The notes below the pieces were generated by a model. That model did no database searches, was not told where the DNA came from, and saw only the letters and a list, made by a program, of their open reading frames with translations. From positions 1-64,000 of IMG/VR virus record IMGVR_UViG_3300017971_000190: a stretch of DNA of 64,000 bases; one strand, written 5' to 3'. Positions 1 to 5,461 of the stretch are shown one piece after another (within the stretch, counting starts at the first letter, position 1; the number at the start of each line of letters is the position of its first letter). The position numbers and the translations under genes are program-made.

Positions 1-212
1 ACAACTGAAATGTAATTGATGTTTGCCTTTGATATGGCTGAGGCCTACGTTGAGTAGGAGAGTTCTACCGGTGGGGTCGGGTACCGGGTAGACAACTGAA
101 ATGTAATTGATGTTTGCCTTTGATATGGCTGAGGCCTACGTTGAGTAGGAGAGTTCTACCGGTGGGGTCGGGTACCGGGTAGACAACTGAAATGTAATCG
201 ATGTTTGCCTTT
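1..212 (+). repeat. 91-bp tandem repeat, 2 full copies plus a 30-bp partial copy
   Basis: 1-91 equals 92-182; 183-212 repeats the first 30 nt with one mismatch; the unit contains hairpins cctac/gtagg and tctacc..ggtaga. Confidence 0.9.
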
Positions 213-213
213 C

Positions 214-333
214 GTGGGTTTACACAGACTGTGGCTCGCAGAATCTGGGGAAGTAATTGGCGGTGAAGGAAGAAAATGAGCTTGGGGCATCTGGTGAAAC
301 ATCCAGACCGACTTTAACTGCCCGCCAACCCAC
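214..333 (+). ncRNA. Unidentified ~120-nt structured RNA, copy 1 (family A)
   Basis: Closed by gtggg/cccac; shares cagactgtggctcgcagaatctg and other blocks with 1307-1426; compensatory helix ttggcgg/ccgccaa. Confidence 0.75.
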
Positions 334-341
334 ATAATTTT

Positions 342-432
342 TGAGGGGCTGATGACGGTCAGAGATTGCGACTTTAAACCACAAGTCGCTAGAATTAATA
401 ACTGTGGGTTCGAGTCCCACCCCCTCGTTCCA
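342..432 (+). tRNA. Aberrant tRNA-like RNA (10-nt anticodon-position loop containing CTTTAAA)
   Basis: Acceptor tgagggg/cccctcg, T-arm gtggg-TTCGAGT-cccac, encoded CCA; helix gcgact/agtcgc has a 10-nt loop. Confidence 0.5.
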
Positions 433-716
433 GCAAGTTCCTAGAACATCTAAGAAGCTGTGATTGTATTGGGTCAGTGGCCTGTGCAGTACACAGTGGA
501 GACGGTTCGTTTAAGGAACGAGCTGCCTTTAGTCGAGATCCCGCGTTGGCGACTAGAGGGTTGGCAGTACCAATGCAGGGGTGCGAGGTGGGTAAGTCGG
601 TCTGGTAGATTTTACCTGTTTGTAATCCAGCGACACCACTTCAATAAATGGGACTAACAGGTCTCAACCATCTTTCGTTGTCACAAGTCGGTTGAGTATT
701 CACAAGATGACAACTA

Positions 717-781
717 GGAGTGAGGACACTAGCTTGAGTGCTTCAACGGTTTCGGCTCAAGTCCATAGCCCTTCTCCGAAA
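717..781 (+). ncRNA. Stem-loop/pseudoknot element (cttgag..ctcaag family)
   Basis: Stem 733-738/756-761; loop tttcgg complementary to downstream ccgaaa 776-781. Confidence 0.4.
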
Positions 782-966
782 AATTGATTGAAAACCGTTT
801 ACGCCTACACGGAGTTGGGGGTTCTACAGTTGTAGGAAGAGCTTAAAAACCCAAAGTAACAGGTGGGGCTACCGGGATGTATCTTTCCCTTTCAGTGTAA
901 GCCTGTTGCGGTAGGGAGAGTGGTGGACACGCTTGCCCCAACCCTCTACCCGAATTTTTCGTTTTT

Positions 967-1233
967 GGTAAATGGAAGGTTGGCCTAAAAGCAGCCATCC
1001 TTTAAAGAGTGAGGCGAAGACCTGTTGCTCGGATTTTTGCTGTGAGAGGCTTGGGTACGGTTAATCTCACAGGTTCCACGCGAGTCAAAAACGTAAAGTC
1101 GCTTTTTACGTAAATAGATTTGGGAGTGGCTCTCCCTAGCGTGCTGAAACAGGAGTACTTTCGGTTAAGTGAGGAGGCACCCCGGAGACGGTAAGGCCGA
1201 ATCCCTCTTTGGCGTAGCAGCACACCATTTACC
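967..1233 (+). ncRNA. 23S rRNA GTPase-associated centre (H43-H44, L11-binding domain) mimic with a 201-nt insertion
   Basis: 975-1010 + 1212-1225 align without gaps to E. coli 23S 1055-1104 (GAAGGTTGGCCTAAAAGCAGCCATCCTTTAAAGAGT|GCGTAGCAGCACAC); closed by a 9-bp stem ggtaaatgg/ccatttacc. Confidence 0.85.
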
Positions 1234-1306
1234 TTTTTCAGCCCCGTACCAAGTGTCCTATGGAGTTCGGGTTTAAATACTCCTCTTGGTACGCATTTTC
1301 AACCTT

Positions 1307-1426
1307 GTGGGTGTACTCAGACTGTGGCTCGCAGAATCTGAGGCAGTAATTGGTAAGAGATGAAGCTAATGAGCTTGACACCTGTAAAATAAGTTGCAGG
1401 GTGACTAAAACTGCTTACCAGCCCAC
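1307..1426 (+). ncRNA. Unidentified ~120-nt structured RNA, copy 2 (family A)
   Basis: Paralog of 214-333; helix changed to tggtaag/cttacca; closed by gtggg/cccac and followed by a T-run. Confidence 0.75.
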
Positions 1427-1514
1427 ATTTTTTGAGTTGCCCCCTAAGCACTGGTCTAACGATCCTGCTTAGGTGATCGGGGAGTGGATGGTACCTGAAG
1501 CTCCCCACTTTTTT

Positions 1515-1601
1515 GGAAGATGAACGGGAAGGCCGGGCATTAGTGCACAGTGTCGTACCGGTTCGACTCCGGTTTGGAAATCCAAGTTCTTGGCATCTTC
1601 C
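1515..1601 (+). ncRNA. tRNA-like RNA with T-arm but rearranged architecture
   Basis: 8-bp closing stem ggaagatg/catcttcc; T-arm accgg-TTCGACT-ccggt followed by an extra hairpin ttgga/tccaa before the 3' strand. Confidence 0.5.
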
Positions 1602-1708
1602 TTGAAAAACCGCCAGAGGAATTACACGTTATAATCTGGCCTCTACAGAGAGTAAAAAATGTGAGGTTGTGAGTGCTTTTCCAAAAACTCTCACCCGACA
1701 TAAGTTGG

Positions 1709-1804
1709 ATTTAGTGTCTTGTGCAGTCATAGATGGGAGGCGTTGAACTCTGGTCACCAGGTTGGAGGGAGCCAACAGTGAAATACCATCCATTGGCATT
1801 AAAT
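1709..1804 (+). ncRNA. 23S rRNA L1 stalk (H76-H78) mimic
   Basis: TGTGCAGTCATAGATGGGAGGCGTTGAA...GGAGCCAACAGTGAAATACCATCC matches 23S ~2109-2179 (UGUGUAGGAUAGGUGGGAGGCUUUGAA...GGAGCCGACCUUGAAAUACCACCC); 10-bp H76-like stem atttagtgtc/ggcattaaat. Confidence 0.85.
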
Positions 1805-1982
1805 TGTATAAATACAACAATTTGTGTTGGGTAATTTTCAGTTGCAACCCCTGGGTTCTGAGGTATTTGCCGGTAGCCTGCAGAACAGGGAAGTCCCGTA
1901 GCCGGATGGGTTTGGTAGTAGAACCTCTGACCCTTTTAATTGAGTCAGTAGCTGTACACTAAGAAAAAACTACCACTTTTTC

Positions 1983-2050
1983 GGAGCCTGTAATTTAAAT
2001 GGAAAAAGAAGCGTTAGCCTATTTCTAGGCTCGAATCCTAGCAGGTTCCT
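1983..2050 (+). tRNA. Degenerate tRNA-like RNA (8-bp acceptor, CTCGAAT T-loop)
   Basis: ggagcctg/caggttcc plus ctagg-CTCGAAT-cctag; D and anticodon arms weak. Confidence 0.4.
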
Positions 2051-2192
2051 TAAAGGGTGTAGTCTCCCTCCTGGGGAAACATTTCCTGGGTTATTTGGCC
2101 ATAAAAGACTACAACGCAAATCGAAAGTGCTTGTTGAATTGATTTGTGTAATCCGAACAAGCAGTTGTGAGTGCTTCTATAAACTCTCATTT

Positions 2193-2296
2193 GTGAGGTT
2201 CCTGGTTGTCCAAGGATGTAAACAGGTGAGTGCTTGGGTGTGTATTCTCGCTCAAGACTGGGCAGGCGAATTGACGCTAGCGAAGCTTGGCCTCAC
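2193..2296 (+). ncRNA. Closed structured RNA
   Basis: gtgagg/cctcac closing stem, internal cttggg/ctcaag stem, followed by a T-run. Confidence 0.4.
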
Positions 2297-2304
2297 ATTT
2301 TTAA

Positions 2305-2414
2305 TCCCTATGATAGAGGATCTACTGATCATTCTAGAACGGTCGGTTGGCAGAAAAAGCTTGTTGGACCCAACTTGTTTTTCTGTTGTCCTGGTTCGAT
2401 CCCAGGATGGGGAA
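2305..2414 (+). tRNA. Aberrant tRNA-like RNA with a very long variable arm and TTCTAGAA loop
   Basis: Acceptor tccctat/atgggga; D-arm taga-gga-tcta; 6-bp stem ctgatc/ggtcgg with a 10-nt loop; variable arm cagaaaaa/tttttctg; T-arm cctgg-TTCGATC-ccagg. Confidence 0.55.
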
Positions 2415-2451
2415 CTAAAGCACTTGGTTGTGAGTGATTCCTAAAACTCTC

Positions 2452-2575
2452 GGTTGTTGGTATACCAGGGTACTAACAATCTTAACACCTGGAAAAGCGT
2501 TTTGGTAGTTATCGTCAATAAATTGCTCTACTTGAGTGACGCCGGGCTCTCCTCAAGTGGTAAAACCCGGCAACC
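2452..2575 (+). ncRNA. Structured RNA with H-type pseudoknot
   Basis: ggttg/caacc ends; stem cttgag 2531/ctcaag 2552; loop gccggg 2541 pairs with cccggc 2566. Confidence 0.55.
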
Positions 2576-2587
2576 TTTTTATTTTTC

Positions 2588-2616
2588 TTGACTTCCTTCT
2601 TTTAGCACAGCATAAT
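2588..2616 (+). promoter_or_regulatory. Sigma70-like promoter
   Basis: TTGACT-17-CATAAT upstream of the ORF at 2649. Confidence 0.55.
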
Positions 2617-2648
2617 AATTGGTGTTAAACAGCTAAAAGGAGTCACAA

Positions 2649-3140
2649 ATGGTGCAGCAACACAAAATCCGAGAAGGCGTCCCCTACACCGATGGTAAAT
2701 CCATCAGAGTTATTGTTGATACTGAAGCTGGGAGTTTTGAGAACGGCACACCCGTGTATTATAGAACCACCCGAGACCTTTTCAAGGAAGTACACGAATG
2801 CTCTTTGGGAGCGTTTGCTCGGTGGGCAACACTGCAACACGAAGAGCTGTCAGATCAAATCGTACTGGCTATTCGCCCAAATAACGGAGCAGATGTTCTC
2901 CCAGACAATCTAGAAACCAGGGTGACAAGGATTTTGAAGACCGAGATTCTGAAAATTGAAGCCGGTTTGGGAACCGTTTCTTTTAATAAAAACGTAATTC
3001 CAGCCAAACTGCTGAGACAGTTGATTCAGGATTACGAAACACTCTACGGCTCAGAAACGCTTAATATCGAAGTAGTTTTCAGTCTTTTCCTTGACGGTGC
3101 GGTGGACCGCACGGAATTCCGGTTTAAGTCTGAACAATAA
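2649..3140 (+). CDS. Hypothetical protein (163 aa)
   Basis: ORF with SD aaaaggag. Confidence 0.75.
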   Translation: MVQQHKIREGVPYTDGKSIRVIVDTEAGSFENGTPVYYRTTRDLFKEVHECSLGAFARWATLQHEELSDQIVLAIRPNNGADVLPDNLETRVTRILKTEILKIEAGLGTVSFNKNVIPAKLLRQLIQDYETLYGSETLNIEVVFSLFLDGAVDRTEFRFKSEQ

Positions 3141-3230
3141 AGGGAGTTCGAGCTAGCGCTTCTTCCTGAGGGGCTTTGGTCCTGAAAATTCTAGCACACA
3201 CACGCTTTTATCAAGAAAGGAGATAGGATT

Positions 3231-3266
3231 ATGAAGCGCATTCCTGTTAACCTAATCAACCTCTAA
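3231..3266 (+). CDS. Putative 11-aa mini-peptide MKRIPVNLINL
   Basis: Strong SD aaaggag upstream of ATG. Confidence 0.3.
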   Translation: MKRIPVNLINL

Positions 3267-3297
3267 CCCTCCCACTTAAAGCTGAGTTAGCACTCAG

Positions 3298-3368
3298 GTC
3301 CGGTTGGTGGACGTACCAGAGGAAGTATTCTGTGTTCGTTGGTACCGACACAGGGTATTAAACCGGAC
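3298..3368 (+). ncRNA. Closed structured RNA
   Basis: gtccggtt/aaccggac stem; internal tattctgtgt/acacagggta helix. Confidence 0.45.
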
Positions 3369-3372
3369 ATCT

Positions 3373-3444
3373 GGCCCCATCGTTCAATGGTTAGGACACA
3401 GGATTTTCATTCCTGAGATCGGGTTTCGACTACCCGTGGGGTCA
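3373..3444 (+). tRNA. tRNA-Glu(TTC)
   Basis: Cloverleaf; anticodon arm cagga-ttTTCat-tcctg; T-stem has T53-A61. Confidence 0.9.
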
Positions 3445-3474
3445 ATAAACTATTAAAAGAAAGGTCATACTACA

Positions 3475-3663
3475 ATGGTGGAAAAGGAAAACAGTTTCTA
3501 CAAAGAACAATTTTCTATTTTGCAAAGGCGTCTTCGTGGTTCCATAGAAGAAGCAAAGAAGGAAGGAGACACGAAGAGAGAGATTGCTCTTCTGAGGGTA
3601 GGTTGTGACGTTGCGAACATTTTGAAGGGTGTGAACATAAATTACAACCCTCCTGGTTACTAA
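3475..3663 (+). CDS. Hypothetical protein (62 aa)
   Basis: ORF with SD aaagg between tRNAs. Confidence 0.6.
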   Translation: MVEKENSFYKEQFSILQRRLRGSIEEAKKEGDTKREIALLRVGCDVANILKGVNINYNPPGY

Positions 3664-3670
3664 AAGTTTA

Positions 3671-3743
3671 GGGCTCGTCGTCTAATTGGTAAGGCTCCAA
3701 GCTCATAACTTGGTCATTCGGGTTTCGATCACCCGCGAGCCCA
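3671..3743 (+). tRNA. tRNA with CAT anticodon (Met or Ile2)
   Basis: Cloverleaf; ccaag-ctCATaa-cttgg; G1-C72 paired, so not an initiator; T53-A61. Confidence 0.88.
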
Positions 3744-3826
3744 CTATGTTACTGACTACCTGAGACCGCAGCTCAAAGGTTAGTAGCAGAACACCTCAAT
3801 TAAGTGACGGTAGAACACTGAGGTGT

Positions 3827-3988
3827 GTGCAAGCAGGTACTACCGGGAAACTATTTTCTACCCTGTAACCACGTAGTTCCGAGGAGCACAAAAGAATGAT
3901 CCACCTTTTGTCCCTACCTGGAACTTAGCGTAGTTTCCCGCGTCTTTGGCGAAAGCCGTACTGCGTTGAGGATCAAACCTGCTTGCAC
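3827..3988 (+). ncRNA. ~160-nt multi-helix structured RNA
   Basis: 12-bp closing stem gtgcaagcaggt/acctgcttgcac; nested cgggaaacta/tagtttcccg, agttcc/ggaact, acaaaag/cttttgt, ggc-GAAA-gcc. Confidence 0.65.
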
Positions 3989-4000
3989 TTTTTCTTTTTT

Positions 4001-4082
4001 GCCCACATGGTGGAACAGGTAGACACGCGAATTTTAGGTGTTCGTGGCTAACGCCGTGGGAGTTCGAGTCTCTCTGTGGGCA
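4001..4082 (+). tRNA. tRNA-Leu(TAG)
   Basis: Class II cloverleaf; cgaat-ttTAGgt-gttcg; variable arm; A73. Confidence 0.92.
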
Positions 4083-4217
4083 CTAGGTCATTCTAATTTT
4101 AAGTCCTGGTAATGGTGCTAGGCAAACGTGACAAGCTTTCCATCCTTCACGTTCGAGAAAAGTTAGAATGACCTTAAATTTGTTGGGAGTTTGAGCTAAA
4201 CAAAAGAGGTACTTAAA

Positions 4218-4550
4218 ATGATTTTCACCTATGAGATAAAACGTCACAGTGTGGATTTCCTTTTCGAGGACGGCAGCTTTCATTCAATAGTGGTGGGACA
4301 AGGGCCTGGTTACTGGTACCGAATCATTTCAAAATTGAGAGAGTTGGGAAAAGAGATAAATCCGGAAGACTTTGACCAGGGTATAGAACGTCTATACTAC
4401 GATTACGCCACCGAGGAACTGAGAGGAAAAACAGAAAAGCAGAAAGAATTGGGATACTTTACCTGTCCCCAGTGCAACGTGATTTATCCTTGTCGTTCTT
4501 TCAAATATCAAAATCCTTGCGACAACTGTCGTTATGTAAAAATTACCTAG
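4218..4550 (+). CDS. Hypothetical protein, C-terminal CxxC..CxxC Zn ribbon
   Basis: ORF with SD gaggt. Confidence 0.7.
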   Translation: MIFTYEIKRHSVDFLFEDGSFHSIVVGQGPGYWYRIISKLRELGKEINPEDFDQGIERLYYDYATEELRGKTEKQKELGYFTCPQCNVIYPCRSFKYQNPCDNCRYVKIT

Positions 4551-4639
4551 TCACTTCGTGGTTAGGAGTGGGGCAATGGAATTGAGAAACCCCCTAGAGG
4601 TTATTGGGCAAAAAAGAAAGCAGGAAAGATAGATTAATA

Positions 4640-4700
4640 GTTCACATGGTAGTTTAGGTACCAGCGGGAAACCGTGTAGGTTCGAGTCCTACTGTGGGCA
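4640..4700 (+). tRNA. D-armless 61-nt derivative of tRNA-Leu(TAG)
   Basis: Acceptor gttcaca/tgtgggc, TTTAGGT retained, variable hairpin gcgg/ccgt, T-arm gtagg-TTCGAGT-cctac; the 3' end matches that of 4001-4082. Confidence 0.65.
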
Positions 4701-4703
4701 CTA

Positions 4704-4874
4704 GTTGGTAGTTCTGGGAGACCTTGGTGAAACACTCCATGGGAACCCACGGTAAAAACGAGACGTGGTAGGTTGTGTAGGTAACTACAGAGCCCTTCTA
4801 TCTAGTTACTCCTTGAGGGTAACGGGGGTAGTCGGATCTTGTTTTTAGAAACAAGGCCCACCTGAACTACCAAC
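4704..4874 (+). ncRNA. ~170-nt structured RNA
   Basis: 11-bp closing stem gttggtagttc/gaactaccaac with several internal hairpins. Confidence 0.6.
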
Positions 4875-5059
4875 AACTTCTTCCTAAGCACTTCGTGTTT
4901 GGGAGTGGGGCACTGGCATTTTAAAGTCCAACTCCATGTGGTTAGGGCAAACCAGTTCAAGACTTGGGCCTTTTGGCTAGCCCAGATGTATTTCTGATTG
5001 CCGACAAGTTACAGGCTGGTTGATACCAATTACCACGAAAGAAAGAGCTAGCCACTATG

Positions 5060-5144
5060 GGAAGGATGACCGAGCGGCTGAAGGTACACGCCTGCTAAGC
5101 GTGCGTAGGGAAACCTACCGAGGGTTCGAATCCCTCTCCTTCCG
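5060..5144 (+). tRNA. tRNA-Ser(GCT)
   Basis: Class II cloverleaf; cacgc-ctGCTaa-gcgtg; G73. Confidence 0.95.
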
Positions 5145-5248
5145 ACGCAGTTGGCCCCGCTGCACATCCTATCGAGAATAATTACCACAGATGTGTGTAC
5201 ACAAAGATGCTAGGATCTTTATTTGTGGTGGTTATTCTAGGGGCAATT

Positions 5249-5378
5249 GGCAGAGTGGCGAAACGAAAAGAGGCCCATACTAGTTAACCTCTTTCTTTGG
5301 TAAACGCGCGGTAACTCCGTGATTGGTCAATCAGTTAACTGGTTCACTATCTTCCAGGTTCAAATCCTGGCTCTGTCA
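5249..5378 (+). tRNA. tRNA-like RNA with a hairpin inserted in the D-loop and a degenerate anticodon arm
   Basis: ggcagag/ctctgtc; Leu/Ser-type D-arm tggcgaaac..tggtaaacgc split by aaagagg/cctcttt; T-arm ccagg-TTCAAAT-cctgg. Confidence 0.55.
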
Positions 5379-5461
5379 AGATGCTATCGCATACACTGCC
5401 TTCAAAAAGTGTATTGACAAATTAAAAAATGTTGTCACAAGACTACTAGGAGGTATTAATC

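Larger units (their letters stand above)
1666..2452 (+). repeat. Dispersed motif GTTGTGAGTGMTT-N2-4-AAACTCTC, 3 copies (1666-1694, 2164-2190, 2427-2452)
   Basis: Direct visual match of three copies lying between structured RNA elements. Confidence 0.7.
4546..4920 (+). repeat. Two-copy element: 9-bp hairpin + AGTGGGGCA (4546-4582, 4883-4920)
   Basis: cctagtcac-ttc-gtggttagg versus cctaagcac-ttc-gtgtttggg, with pairing retained; both followed by agtggggcaNtggNatt. Confidence 0.6.

Noticed and set aside
349-400. Hammerhead ribozyme (CTGATGA); also near-core at 10637-10660
   Set aside because: No GAAA after stem II at 349; at 10637 the core is CTCATGA and the stem III/UH geometry fails
343-432. 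tmRNA 5' end (GGGGCTGAT)
   Set aside because: The 3' strand pairs as tgagggg/cccctcg, the RNA is only 90 nt, and there is no tag reading frame
478-510. Other short 23S-like words (H66-like at 481, CAGCCCCGTAC 1239, TAAGTTGCAGGGT 1390, GGAAGATGAACGGG 1515, ACCGACACAGG 3344)
   Set aside because: Matches of 11-14 nt that sit in different local pairings; not distinguishable from chance by eye
1011-1211. Canonical group I or group II intron
   Set aside because: No recognisable P7/G-site, and no GUGYG..AY ends or domain V. Kept only as an open hypothesis.
967-1804. A genuine (fragmented) rRNA operon or host contamination
   Set aside because: No PTC, sarcin-ricin loop, 16S core or 5S found. Both domains have private closing stems and lie among phage-type tRNAs and ORFs. 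Chimerism still needs a read check.
220-2444. ORF-track calls inside the RNA array
   Set aside because: They overlap tRNA- and rRNA-like structures, lack SD signals, and have no protein-like features
1666-2452. CRISPR array (GTTGTG-starting repeats)
   Set aside because: Spacing is 498 and 263 nt, the copies are divergent, and there are no cas genes
4704-4874. Group I core (aactac/gtagtc, P8- and P9-like hairpins)
   Set aside because: The G264-C311 equivalent is mismatched, there is no exon context, and the same words occur in the closing stem
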